Assembly (NCBI GenBank): GCA_963666285.1
Contig: OY762711.1
Direction: 5' to 3' (one strand)
Source: Sedimentisphaerales bacterium
GTDB lineage: Bacteria > Planctomycetota > Phycisphaerae > Sedimentisphaerales > SM23-30
Length of the DNA: 64,000 nucleotides
Both the position numbers and the translations under genes were made by a program. The notes below the pieces were generated by a model that saw only the letters and a list, made by a program, of their open reading frames with translations, made no database searches and was not told the DNA's origin. The number at the start of each line of letters is the position of its first letter. Position 1 is the first letter of the stretch. Positions 49,991 through 59,819 of this stretch are shown here, one piece after another.

Positions 49991-50680
49991 ATGGAAGAGA
50001 ATAATAAAGCTGTTGTGATCCGCTGGTATGGGCCTGGAACACCTAGAATTATAGACCCTAGCTGTATTACTAAAGGTTGGGACTATATATTTCTGACAGA
50101 TGATTTATCACATAATAGTTCTGATATATGGGAATCGCTTTTAATGCGTTTCCCAGGCTATAGCGGTGAACATGAATCGAAGATCATCAAGGCTATGTTT
50201 CCAATAATATATCCTAAATATGATTGGTGTGTAATTATCGATACTGAAAAGTATATCATTGATTCAGACCTGGACGCTCTTATCTACCAGTTACAGCCTG
50301 AAACAGAATTTGCAGCGTTAAGGCATAGAGTAACAAATTGTACCTATCACGAAATAGCACGCAACCGCAAGTATAAAAGGGATAGTAACGAGGCTTTAGA
50401 TGCCATAACTACAACAAACCTTACAACAAACCTACCTGTTAAATCTGGTTTATATGACACTTCTATAGTAATTTATAAATGTACAGAAAAGATGTGTGAA
50501 GCTCTTAAAACATGGGCTGAAATGATAAAGGTTTGTAAGCGTGACCAGTGCAGTATAGTAACTGCCATGCGTGAACATAAAGTTAATACCGAATATTTAC
50601 AGCTTGCTAATTACAAGCACTATAAGAAGCTAAGGCCAACAAGTAACGTATATGCTGAAAAGTCTATTGAACATATTTAA
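49991..50680 (+). CDS. DUF616 (TOD1/MUCI70-like) glycosyltransferase-related protein
   Basis: DYIFLTDD, RH...C.Y.E, GLY, W......RDQ.S. Confidence 0.65.
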   Translation: MEENNKAVVIRWYGPGTPRIIDPSCITKGWDYIFLTDDLSHNSSDIWESLLMRFPGYSGEHESKIIKAMFPIIYPKYDWCVIIDTEKYIIDSDLDALIYQLQPETEFAALRHRVTNCTYHEIARNRKYKRDSNEALDAITTTNLTTNLPVKSGLYDTSIVIYKCTEKMCEALKTWAEMIKVCKRDQCSIVTAMREHKVNTEYLQLANYKHYKKLRPTSNVYAEKSIEHI

Positions 50681-51881
50681 GGCAAGCGAAAAGCCCCAGA
50701 AGAAAAGTCCTTATGATGACTTCTGGTATTCTGCTATACCTGCTTTGTCGGCGGCTGGCGTTCCGGTTACACCTGAGAACGCATTAAAGGTTAGTGCGAT
50801 ATGGGCCTGTAACAAGGTTATATGTGAGACAATAGCATTATTGCCATTTCTGACATATCAGAAACAGCCGGACGGCGGTAAGCAGCGAGCCGAGAACCAT
50901 TATTTGTATTTACTGCTTAAAGAATCGCCTAACAAGATTCAGACAAGCTTTGAATGGCGTATGACGCTATTAACACATAAAAACCTTTACGGGCGTGCAT
51001 ATAGCCCGATTAAGCGTGATTACTTTGGCAATATAATAGAGTTTGGTTTACCGATACACCCGACCCAGGTACAGAACCAGTTAATGACCGATGATACTTT
51101 ACGGTATAAAGTGACAAGGAACGGTGAAAGCCGCATATATTTACAAGATGAAATGCTGTATTTACCTGGTATTACTTTGAATGGTTATGATGGTATATCA
51201 CCTATTGAAGCGGGCAGCGATACTATCGGGTTGGCAAGGGCTACCGAGTTATTTGGTGCTAAGTTCTTTCAAAAAGGAGCAAGGCCGAACGCTGTATTAG
51301 AACATCCTAACACCTTATCGGAAACCGCACAGAAGCGACTTGTCAAGTCTGTAAAGCGTATGGCAGAAGAAGGCGTATTAGTTACTGAGGAAGGTATTAA
51401 ATATTCTTCAATGTCAAATACGCCGGAAGAATCGCAGTTTTTACAGACCCGCCAACACCAGATAGAGGAAGTATGCCGCTGGTATCGTATGCCGCCGCAT
51501 AAGATAGCACATTTACTTAGATCGACCTTTACCAATATAGAACACCAAAGCTTAGAATTTGCGACAGATACTATTTTACCGCAGGTTAAAAGCTTTGAAG
51601 GCCGTATAAAGAAAACTGTATTAACTGGTGATGATTACTTCTGTGAAATGCTAATGGAAGGCTTGTTAAGAGGTGATATCAAAACCAGACAGGACGCATA
51701 TACAAAGGAATTTTACCGGGGTACATTGTCTCGTAATGAGATACGGATTTTAGAAAACCGAAACCCTATCCCCGGTGGTGATAACTATTACATGCAAACA
51801 AACATGACCAGAATTAGCGAAGATGGCACAATTGAAAGTTCTGGTATTGAACAGGTGAAAGAGCCAACAGATGAAGAATAA
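50652..51881 (+). CDS. HK97-type portal protein
   Basis: VTPENALKVSAIWAC..I.ETIA.LP; G.SPI; QFLQTR; PPH; NEIR.LEN..PIPGGD. Confidence 0.95.
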   Translation: MLKSLLNIFKASEKPQKKSPYDDFWYSAIPALSAAGVPVTPENALKVSAIWACNKVICETIALLPFLTYQKQPDGGKQRAENHYLYLLLKESPNKIQTSFEWRMTLLTHKNLYGRAYSPIKRDYFGNIIEFGLPIHPTQVQNQLMTDDTLRYKVTRNGESRIYLQDEMLYLPGITLNGYDGISPIEAGSDTIGLARATELFGAKFFQKGARPNAVLEHPNTLSETAQKRLVKSVKRMAEEGVLVTEEGIKYSSMSNTPEESQFLQTRQHQIEEVCRWYRMPPHKIAHLLRSTFTNIEHQSLEFATDTILPQVKSFEGRIKKTVLTGDDYFCEMLMEGLLRGDIKTRQDAYTKEFYRGTLSRNEIRILENRNPIPGGDNYYMQTNMTRISEDGTIESSGIEQVKEPTDEE

Positions 51882-52710
51882 AAATAAAATCTGGCACATA
51901 CACGAGGATTACGCCGCTGATATTAAAGACATTATTACCGAATGTCACGATATGGAAAAGCCGCAAAATGCAAGCTGGTATGAAAAAGCTGCTACGCTAA
52001 ATGTGGTCGGTTCTGCCGGTGTAATACCAATTCAAGGGCCGCTATTTAACCGGGACAGTGCATACTCCCGCTATTTCGGCCAGAGTTACCAAAACTTGAA
52101 TAACCTGTTAGATCAGGCTATGAGTAATAAAAAGGTAAACCGTATCATACTTGATATTGACAGCCCCGGCGGTGACGCTATGGGAATGGATGAGATGAGC
52201 GGTAAGATTGCTTCTATGCGGTCACATAAACCTATTATAGCTATGGTTAACGGCTGGATGGCTTCTGCTGCTTATGGTATTGGCTCGGCGGCAAGTGAAA
52301 TTGTGGCAATGCCTACCAGTCAGTCCGGCAGTATTGGTACTCTGGTAATTCATCAGGATGTCAGTAAGGCATTAGATAAGATGGGTATCAAGCTTACTAT
52401 TGTCAAAGCCGGTGAACATAAAGTTGAGGGCAACCCATACGAGCCGTTAAATAAAGATGCTAAAGAATATCTACAATACCAGGTTAACCAGTATTACGAC
52501 CGCTTTGTTAATACCGTTGCCAGTAACCGCAATACAACAGCAGACAATGTTAAAGCTACTTACGGTAAAGGTAGAATGTTAATTGCAAGTGATGCTTTAC
52601 AGGCCGGTATGATCGACCGTATAGCAACATTTGAACAGATAATGAGGGGAAGTCCTGTCAATAAACAGGCAATGCGTAATAGGCTGAGACTTGCGCGGAC
52701 AGCAAGCTAA
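51871..52710 (+). CDS. S49 (SppA/ClpP-fold) prohead protease
   Basis: LDIDSPGG, ASAAY, GSIG, AGEHK.EGNP. Confidence 0.9.
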   Translation: MKNKNKIWHIHEDYAADIKDIITECHDMEKPQNASWYEKAATLNVVGSAGVIPIQGPLFNRDSAYSRYFGQSYQNLNNLLDQAMSNKKVNRIILDIDSPGGDAMGMDEMSGKIASMRSHKPIIAMVNGWMASAAYGIGSAASEIVAMPTSQSGSIGTLVIHQDVSKALDKMGIKLTIVKAGEHKVEGNPYEPLNKDAKEYLQYQVNQYYDRFVNTVASNRNTTADNVKATYGKGRMLIASDALQAGMIDRIATFEQIMRGSPVNKQAMRNRLRLARTAS

Positions 52711-52756
52711 ATATACGCTATATGTAAACACCATTTCATTTAAAGGAGTAAAGAGA

Positions 52757-54058
52757 ATGGATAAGTTATTTAAGCTTAGAGCGAAGCATAAAGAGATTTG
52801 CGACAAGGCCGACGCAATTCTCAATCCAGAAGACGGCCACGAAATTACAGAAGATGAGCAGGCAAAGTTTGACGAGCTTATGGAAAGTGCCGAAAAGGTA
52901 CAGCAGCAGATCGTCAATGAAGAAAAGCTTATCGACCAGAAGCGTACTGTCCCGGCACAGAGTACAGATACTACAATTAGTAATGTACATGACCGCCGGG
53001 AAGATGACCCGACTTGTGGTTTTTCTAACCTGGGCGAGTTTGCAACTATTGTACATGCCGCCGGTCAGGGTGGAGTCAGACCGGATGAAAGATTACTTGT
53101 TTCCGCTGCTGCTTCCGGTGCTAATACCCAAACCGGATCGGAAGGCGGCTTTGCTATCCCGCCTCAGTTTTCAACTACCATACATGAAGGTTTGATGGCA
53201 GATGAGGCAAGCCTTCTATCCTTATGTGACCAGTACACAGTAACCGGCTCAAGCCTTACATTCTCTGCTGTTGATGGTAATGTAAGAAGTGGCGGTTCTC
53301 GCTATGGCGGTGTTGTTGCGTTTTGGGTTAAGGAAGGTAACAAAATTAAGAGCAGCGATTATAAGCTACGTGAAATGGAGCTTAAACCGCAAAAGCTGGC
53401 GGTATTGATACCCGCTACAAATGAGCTGCTTAGTCAGGCTGTAGCGGCTGACCAGTTTATTTCCAGGGCTGCAACATCGGCATTGAAAGCAAAGGTTAAT
53501 GATGCCATTCTAAACGGTAATGGTACAGGTAAACCGCATGGCATTATGAACTCTGGCTGTTTACTTGGTATCGATGCCGAAAGTTCACAGTCAAAACAGA
53601 CTATTGTTGCACCTAACATTAATAAGATGTGGGCGCGTATGCCTGCCGAATGTCGTAACCGTTCTATCTGGTTACATAATCATGGTTGCAGCGAGCAGTT
53701 CGACGGTTTGAATGTAATATCAACTGATAGTGCAGGTTCTAAGACGGTTGTTGGTTTGTCTTCCGGTATTTATAACAGCGGTAAGGAAACGCTAAAAGGC
53801 CGTCCAATGCTGACAACTGAGTATTGTAAAGAACTTGGTACAAAAGGCGATATTGTCCTTGTTGACCCTTCTTTCTATGCTGTTGGTTTGCGTGGCGGTG
53901 TTAAATCTGCAATGAGTATTCATTTGCGGTTTGACTATGATGAATCTGTTTTCCGCTTTACCTTCGAGCTTGACGGTCAAAGCTGGCTGAATGGTGTAAT
54001 TATACCTGAAAACGGCCCGGAACTATCGCCAATGATAGCACTAAACAATCGTAAATAA
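52757..54058 (+). CDS. Major capsid protein (HK97 fold)
   Basis: AAAGGAG RBS; coiled N-terminus; GGFAIP, WVKEG, NGNGTGKP.GI, L.GRP. Confidence 0.92.
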   Translation: MDKLFKLRAKHKEICDKADAILNPEDGHEITEDEQAKFDELMESAEKVQQQIVNEEKLIDQKRTVPAQSTDTTISNVHDRREDDPTCGFSNLGEFATIVHAAGQGGVRPDERLLVSAAASGANTQTGSEGGFAIPPQFSTTIHEGLMADEASLLSLCDQYTVTGSSLTFSAVDGNVRSGGSRYGGVVAFWVKEGNKIKSSDYKLREMELKPQKLAVLIPATNELLSQAVAADQFISRAATSALKAKVNDAILNGNGTGKPHGIMNSGCLLGIDAESSQSKQTIVAPNINKMWARMPAECRNRSIWLHNHGCSEQFDGLNVISTDSAGSKTVVGLSSGIYNSGKETLKGRPMLTTEYCKELGTKGDIVLVDPSFYAVGLRGGVKSAMSIHLRFDYDESVFRFTFELDGQSWLNGVIIPENGPELSPMIALNNRK

Positions 54059-54102
54059 TACGGTTATTAACTATTAACTTCATAGTATGGAGATTTAAGA
54101 TA

Positions 54103-54576
54103 ATGAAATCTGTTATAGAAGAATCAAAGTATGTATCAGCACTAGCACCAATTACCCCGGCTAGTTCTGTACCTGCTTTTGTAAGCCTGGAGAACTATAG
54201 AAAGCTGGCTGTTGTTATTACTGTTGACAATGGAACAGATGTAACCGGCTCTGCTATTTCCTTGATCCAGGCTAAGGATGCAGAAGGTGCGGACGCTAAA
54301 GCTTTATCGTTTGATACTGTATTTGCAAATATTGATACCGATTCCGGTGATACATTAGTTAAGACAGAAGTTGAATCAGATACTTTTACTACTGATGCAA
54401 CTGCTGACGCTAACCTGTTGTATGTGATTGGAATTGATGTCGCCGACCTTGATGTTAACGAGGACTTTACCCATGTAAGGCTTGTTACCGCTGACGGTGC
54501 TAATATGGCGTTAAGTGCTGTATATCAGCTTTACGAAGGCCGCTATCACCAGGAAACGCCGCCTTCAGCAGTGTAA
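54103..54576 (+). CDS. Probable capsid-associated/decoration protein
   Basis: Directly after the MCP; acidic and beta-rich. Confidence 0.55.
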   Translation: MKSVIEESKYVSALAPITPASSVPAFVSLENYRKLAVVITVDNGTDVTGSAISLIQAKDAEGADAKALSFDTVFANIDTDSGDTLVKTEVESDTFTTDATADANLLYVIGIDVADLDVNEDFTHVRLVTADGANMALSAVYQLYEGRYHQETPPSAV

Positions 54577-54604
54577 TATACTAAAAGTTTTCTTCATTTT
54601 TTAT

Positions 54605-54631
54605 GTGTGACTGTCTAAATGGCAGTCACAC
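54605..54631. terminator. Hairpin after head genes
   Basis: GTGTGACTGTC-taaat-GGCAGTCACAC. Confidence 0.55.
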
Positions 54632-54735
54632 TAATATATTTAATGTTTACAATTGCAATTATTCGTTAGGGCGTATTGTAAATATTGGCAATATAGAATA
54701 TCAACAAGCGGCTAAATAAAATACACAAGGTGTAC

Positions 54736-55293
54736 ATGAATCATAAAGTAACAATAGAACCAAATACCGAGCCTGTAACACTGGAAGAGGCTAAAACACA
54801 TTTGCGGGTAACTTCAACCGCAGAGGATAGTTATATATCGTCTTTGATTACTATTGCCCGGCAATGGTGCGAAGGCTACGAAAATACCAAGTATATTACT
54901 CAGACAGTTACAGTTAAATACAATGCTATGAGAAGTGTTATCGAGTTGCCAGTTGGCCCGGCTCAGTCTGTAACTTCATTTAAGTATATTGATGATGACC
55001 AGATCGAACAGACAATTGATACAGCCGATTATGTGCTTGATACTTATAGTATGCCGCCTCTGGTATATGAGGCTTATGATGTTGAGTTCCCGACACCTTT
55101 GGATATTAGAAACGCTGTTGAAATCGTTTATGTTGCCGGGTTCGGTGATGCTGACGCTGTACCTGAAAGAATCAAGCAGGCTATAAAACTGATACTTACT
55201 CATTTGTATGAACACCGGGAACAGAACAGCGAGTTAAAACTTGAAGAAATGCCAATGAATGCAAAAGATTTATTGTTTGAGAGGGTATTTTAA
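54736..55293 (+). CDS. Head-tail connector (gp6-like)
   Basis: EPVTLEEAKTHLRV...ED.YI.SLI..AR; VP..IKQAI.L...HLYEHRE. Confidence 0.92.
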   Translation: MNHKVTIEPNTEPVTLEEAKTHLRVTSTAEDSYISSLITIARQWCEGYENTKYITQTVTVKYNAMRSVIELPVGPAQSVTSFKYIDDDQIEQTIDTADYVLDTYSMPPLVYEAYDVEFPTPLDIRNAVEIVYVAGFGDADAVPERIKQAIKLILTHLYEHREQNSELKLEEMPMNAKDLLFERVF

Positions 55294-55613
55294 TGCAGGT
55301 TGGACAGTTAAGGCATTTAGTAGAATTGCAGAATTATAGCACAACTGTAAACAGCGATTACGGTGAGCCGGTAAAAAACTGGACAACCTTTGGTGATGCT
55401 TGGGCTAGTATTAAGCCGGTATCAGGTCAGGTTAAAGAACAGGGTAATCGTGAAACTGCCAGCATAACACATAGTATTGTAATCAGGTATAACGCCGATT
55501 TGGATGAGAATTGCCGCATAGTATGGGAAGATAGAGTTTTTGAAATTGTAGCTATTCAGAACTATCAGCAGCGCAATATATTTATGATAGTAACAGCCAG
55601 GGAACAGAAATGA
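55293..55613 (+). CDS. Head closure protein
   Basis: GQLRH.V.LQ, WASIKP.SG, IRY. Confidence 0.9.
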   Translation: MQVGQLRHLVELQNYSTTVNSDYGEPVKNWTTFGDAWASIKPVSGQVKEQGNRETASITHSIVIRYNADLDENCRIVWEDRVFEIVAIQNYQQRNIFMIVTAREQK

Positions 55614-56056
55614 GCAGTTTAGAAGGTTTTGACAAGCTTGAAAAAAAGCTGCTTAAAATGGAAAAGACACAGGCAAAGAATATTGTCCGTAAAGCAAACA
55701 GAGAGGCTCAGAAAGTCACACTTGCACAGGCAAAGGCAAACGCTGTTTCTATGGTTGGCGGTGAAATGGGTAATAAGATAAGCGGTGCATTAAAGGTAAA
55801 GGCAGCTCGCAGGCAAAAGCCTGGTGAATACCGGACAAATGTTGAAATTGATTCAAAACGTGCAGAAGAGTTTGTACATAATACCGAGTCAGGTGAAAGG
55901 TATTTTATCCCGACCGCTATAGAATATGGACATATTTCAACTGATGGCGGTTTTGTACCACCAATACCGTATATGTGGAAAGCAGCAGAAACAACCAAAG
56001 ATTCACGTATAAAGGTAATGGAAAAGGAAATCAAAAAAGGTATTGAATCAGTATGA
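55610..56056 (+). CDS. HK97 gp10-like tail completion protein
   Basis: LEGFDKLEKKL; IEYG; PIPYM..A. Confidence 0.85.
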   Translation: MSSLEGFDKLEKKLLKMEKTQAKNIVRKANREAQKVTLAQAKANAVSMVGGEMGNKISGALKVKAARRQKPGEYRTNVEIDSKRAEEFVHNTESGERYFIPTAIEYGHISTDGGFVPPIPYMWKAAETTKDSRIKVMEKEIKKGIESV

Positions 56057-56487
56057 ACAGTGCAGAAAAAGCAATATATAAGCTTCTGGCAAATTGCAGC
56101 CAGGTAACGGCTTTAGTGGCTGAACGGATATCGCCGGAACTGGGCGAGTCTAAAGATATTATGCCATATATTACATATAACCTTATCTCTGAAGAAAGAG
56201 ACCATGTATTAGATGGTGTAGGTGGTATGAGTAAAGCACGTATGCAGCTAAATTGCTGGTCTGGCAGTTATACAAGCACTGTAGAGCTTAAAAATGCTGT
56301 AGTTGAAGAATATAACAAGTCAGATGAAACCGGCGGTATAGACGGCTTTAGTGGTTCTATTGATGACTTAATAATACAGTGTGTACATGTAAATGATATA
56401 AGTGATATTTTTGACTATACAGAGGGTACAGATAAATCGAAACGCTACGGCAAGCGAATAGATATACAGTTATGGTATAACCTGTAA
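56053..56487 (+). CDS. Tail terminator (DUF3168-like)
   Basis: V..RI.P; PYITY..IS; RMQLNCW. Confidence 0.8.
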   Translation: MNSAEKAIYKLLANCSQVTALVAERISPELGESKDIMPYITYNLISEERDHVLDGVGGMSKARMQLNCWSGSYTSTVELKNAVVEEYNKSDETGGIDGFSGSIDDLIIQCVHVNDISDIFDYTEGTDKSKRYGKRIDIQLWYNL

Positions 56488-56508
56488 CAGCTTTAAAGGA
56501 GTAAAGAG

Positions 56509-56910
56509 ATGAGCGGTGCAACACATGGTTACGGCACAACATTTAAGGGCAGCAGTGCCGGTATTATCGGCGAGTTAATTTCGATCACAATCGGCGGTTT
56601 GACCGTTGATATGATTGAAGTATCAAATATGGATAGTCCTGATGCGTATAAGGAATTTATCGCCGGGATGATTGATGCCGGTGAAATAACATTTTCAGGT
56701 AATTATATTAAGGCAACTTTTAGTTCTCTGAAAGATGCAGCAGACGGCAGAGAGGCAGAAGATTGGACGGTAACTTTCCCTGATGGTGCAAGCTGGAAAG
56801 GTTCCGGCTATGTTTCCGGTATTTCCGGTACATCACCTAATGATGACAAGATTACTGCCGACATAACAATTAAACTAACTGGCAAGCCTGAATTTTCGGC
56901 AGGTGCATAA
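56509..56910 (+). CDS. Major tail tube protein
   Basis: IEVSNMDS...KEFIAGMIDAGEITF; VTFPDG; IKLTGKP. Confidence 0.88.
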   Translation: MSGATHGYGTTFKGSSAGIIGELISITIGGLTVDMIEVSNMDSPDAYKEFIAGMIDAGEITFSGNYIKATFSSLKDAADGREAEDWTVTFPDGASWKGSGYVSGISGTSPNDDKITADITIKLTGKPEFSAGA

Positions 56911-56946
56911 TTTAATATAACATTCTAATACAAGGAAGTAGCAAAG

Positions 56947-57291
56947 ATGTTGACAAGAGAAGATATACTTAATTCAAAAGACCTTACTATACAGGTTGTT
57001 TCTGTCCCTGAATGGGGAGGCGATGTAATTGTAAAGACAATGTCAGGCGTTGAACGTGACGCATTTGAAGCGTCTATAGTACAAGGTGGTGTAACGGATA
57101 CCCGCAATATACGTGCTAAACTTGCCGCTATGAGCGTTGTAGATTCAAGTCGTAACCTGATGTTTACCCAGGCTGATATTGTAGAGCTTGGCAATAAGTC
57201 GGCGGCGGCCCTGGATAGAATATTTACGGTAGCCAGTAAGCTATCGGGTATTAGCCAGAGCGATATAGATGAACTTGAAAAAAACTCGTAA
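56947..57291 (+). CDS. Tail assembly chaperone (G-like)
   Basis: VPEWGG.V.V..MSG.ERDAFE; ends EKNS at a slippery site. Confidence 0.88.
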   Translation: MLTREDILNSKDLTIQVVSVPEWGGDVIVKTMSGVERDAFEASIVQGGVTDTRNIRAKLAAMSVVDSSRNLMFTQADIVELGNKSAAALDRIFTVASKLSGISQSDIDELEKNS

Positions 57292-57593
57292 ACCATCCAT
57301 TCAGGCAATTTGTATTTACCCTTGCCGGTCATTTAGGAATGACAGTCAATGAACTGTTAAACCGGATGACCAGCAAGGAACTATCCGAATGGATGGCATA
57401 TTATAAAGTTAATCCTTTTGGCGAATGGCGGGCAGATTTTAGAAATGCCTTATTGTGCCAGGTTAACGCTAATCTGCATAGTAAAAAGAATTATAACCTT
57501 AAAGAATTTATGCCAACATTTAGCCGGTTCAAAAAAATGATGAGCTGGCAGATGATGAAAGAACTGTTAAAGGCAACATGTAAACATACATAG
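57285..57593 (+). CDS. Tail chaperone -1 frameshift extension (GT-like)
   Basis: A AAA AAC at 57279-57285; the -1 frame is open: LVNHPFRQFVFTLAGHLGMTVNELL.RMTS.EL.EW. Confidence 0.85.
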   Translation, partial: LVNHPFRQFVFTLAGHLGMTVNELLNRMTSKELSEWMAYYKVNPFGEWRADFRNALLCQVNANLHSKKNYNLKEFMPTFSRFKKMMSWQMMKELLKATCKHT

Positions 57594-57608
57594 TATGTAA
57601 AGGTCATT

Positions 57609-59012
57609 ATGGCAACTGTAGCAACATTATTAGTAAACCTTACCGCAAAGACTGTATTGTTTGAGCGTAATATCAAGCGAAGTCGTAAGAAGCTTAACAG
57701 GTTTGAAAAAGCCGCAAAAGCAAGCGTGACGGCTGTTTCCAGAGTCTTTAAGGCTATGGGTATAGCAGCGGCGGCGGGCTTTGGTGCTGTTTCTGTGGCT
57801 GTTGGTAAGTCTATGGGTAAAATTGACAGTATTGCCAAATTATCCGACCGGCTTGGAATTGCGACAGAGGATTTAATAAAACTGCAACATGCCGCCGAAC
57901 TGTCCGGGGTTAAAACTGAATCGCTGAATACTTCCATACAAAGGATGGTTCGGCGTGTTGGTGAAGCTGCACAGGGTACAGGAGAGGCCAAAAATGCCCT
58001 GGTAGCTTTGGGGGTAGATGCCAAGAAACTCAACCGGGAAGGCCCGGCAAAAGCACTTTTAACGCTGGCTGATGCCTTTGCTAAAGTTCCGAGCCAGGCA
58101 GATCGTGTTAGATATGCCTTTAAACTATTCGATACTGAAGGTGTGGCAATGCTGCAAATGCTGCAAGGCGGTTCCGGTTCAGTACGTGAAATGATGGCTG
58201 AGATAGATAAGTTTGGTGGTGCAATAAACCGGGTTGACGCTGCACAGGTTGAAGCTGCTAACGATGCTATTACTAACCTGAAGAAATCAACCGCCTTGCT
58301 TACTGACAAGCTTGCTGTGGGCCTTGCGCCGTATATACAGTATGTAAGCGACTTGTTTATTGATATGCGTTCCAGCGGTGTTATAAGCACAAATAGCATA
58401 AACAAGGGTTTGGAAAAGACCTTTAGAATAGCAAATATTATCGCAAAAGCTTTTAATGTTGTTCATGGAATACTGAAAATAGTGTCGGCTTTTATAGGTG
58501 GTGTTATAACCTTATTCAGTGGGCTTACAAGTGTTGTTCTTGATGTAGTGTCGGCAGTGTCAAAACTGGTTGGTAAGCTGCTTGACTTGCAGTCAGTATC
58601 AGATTTTGCCGAATCGACAGGCAATAAAGCAAGGGAGCTTGAAGCTTTTGCAACTGAATTAAGTAAACAAAATAACAATCTTGCCAAAGAAGGGTTAAAC
58701 CAGATATTTTCCTTTGATGATGGTAAAAAGACAATAGATAAAATATTCAATGAGGTTGAAAAAAGGCGTAAAGCTACAGAACTGAAGATTAAGACCAGAG
58801 ATAAAATAGGTTCTGTTAGTGAAAGTATGCCGGTGTCTGCTGCTATGAAAGGCGGCTCAATAATTAGTATTGATGCCGGTGCTGTTTCTGTTGGCTCGCT
58901 TGGCTCTTCATTGAGTAATAACAAAATAGCCCAGAACTTAAAGGCAAACGAAAAAACAGCACAGAACACAACGGCAATAGCAAATACTATCCAGAATGTT
59001 GTATTGAGGTAA
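57609..59012 (+). CDS. Tape measure protein (short, 467 aa)
   Basis: ATLLVNLTA; AKLSDRLGI; Ala-rich helical; position after chaperones. Confidence 0.88.
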   Translation: MATVATLLVNLTAKTVLFERNIKRSRKKLNRFEKAAKASVTAVSRVFKAMGIAAAAGFGAVSVAVGKSMGKIDSIAKLSDRLGIATEDLIKLQHAAELSGVKTESLNTSIQRMVRRVGEAAQGTGEAKNALVALGVDAKKLNREGPAKALLTLADAFAKVPSQADRVRYAFKLFDTEGVAMLQMLQGGSGSVREMMAEIDKFGGAINRVDAAQVEAANDAITNLKKSTALLTDKLAVGLAPYIQYVSDLFIDMRSSGVISTNSINKGLEKTFRIANIIAKAFNVVHGILKIVSAFIGGVITLFSGLTSVVLDVVSAVSKLVGKLLDLQSVSDFAESTGNKARELEAFATELSKQNNNLAKEGLNQIFSFDDGKKTIDKIFNEVEKRRKATELKIKTRDKIGSVSESMPVSAAMKGGSIISIDAGAVSVGSLGSSLSNNKIAQNLKANEKTAQNTTAIANTIQNVVLR

Positions 59013-59015
59013 TAG

Positions 59016-59819
59016 ATGTCAGTAGTATATACAGATTTAATCGATGGTGACGCTGCAACCTATACCCGACGTGGTTGGGAAAATATCAGCCGTTCAGCTT
59101 TGGTAAGTGGTATTAGCCCAAGTATTAGCGGTCATGCAAAGATAATGCAGGCTTTTAATATATTAGAGCTTGATATTGGTATGCAGCATCCAAGTTTTGA
59201 CAATAACTATATCCGTTCTATTTCGCCGACTTCGATAGCTTCTGATACTGTAACATTCCTAATACAGTATGAGCAAATGACCGGCTTTGCAGATGAAATA
59301 AGCGGCGGTGGTGGACTGATACAGATTGAAACTAACCTGGATCGGAACGGCAAAGCAATTGTTTTAGAATACACGTATCCTGATGACTATGCTATTGATA
59401 TAAAATATGCCGGGCAGACAGATAAAGTAAGCAAGTTAATAGCTGTTGATAAGTCAGTTGTGCCATTGTCAATTAAACGCAGACAGATATTTTCTGCTAT
59501 TCAGAAGCCTCAGCAGCTTGCGGAAAGCTATGTCGGTAAAGTCAATAGTGATAACTGGTCTGTTGCCTTTGATGGTGCAACTCGCAGATGGAAATGTACA
59601 GGTATAGACTTTAATTATGTACTTCCAATATTTAATTCAGGCAAACAGTATGTTTATGATATGACATATCAGTTTCAATATAATTCTAACGCCTGGAATG
59701 AGTCGCTTATTTATGTTGACCCCAATACCGGCAATCCGCCCGAAGATGCCGAGGCAGATGAATTTGAAGTATTAGACCAGATAGCTTTTAACAGCCTTAT
59801 TGACAGTATAATTACATGA
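59016..59819 (+). CDS. Putative tail-tip protein
   Basis: Immediately after TMP; ATGA overlap with next gene. Confidence 0.55.
   Translation: MSVVYTDLIDGDAATYTRRGWENISRSALVSGISPSISGHAKIMQAFNILELDIGMQHPSFDNNYIRSISPTSIASDTVTFLIQYEQMTGFADEISGGGGLIQIETNLDRNGKAIVLEYTYPDDYAIDIKYAGQTDKVSKLIAVDKSVVPLSIKRRQIFSAIQKPQQLAESYVGKVNSDNWSVAFDGATRRWKCTGIDFNYVLPIFNSGKQYVYDMTYQFQYNSNAWNESLIYVDPNTGNPPEDAEADEFEVLDQIAFNSLIDSIIT

Noticed and set aside
57491..58969. Long antisense ORFs (304 and 168 aa), and similar shadow ORFs throughout
   Set aside because: They mirror the codon bias of the tape measure and other real genes and show no motifs.
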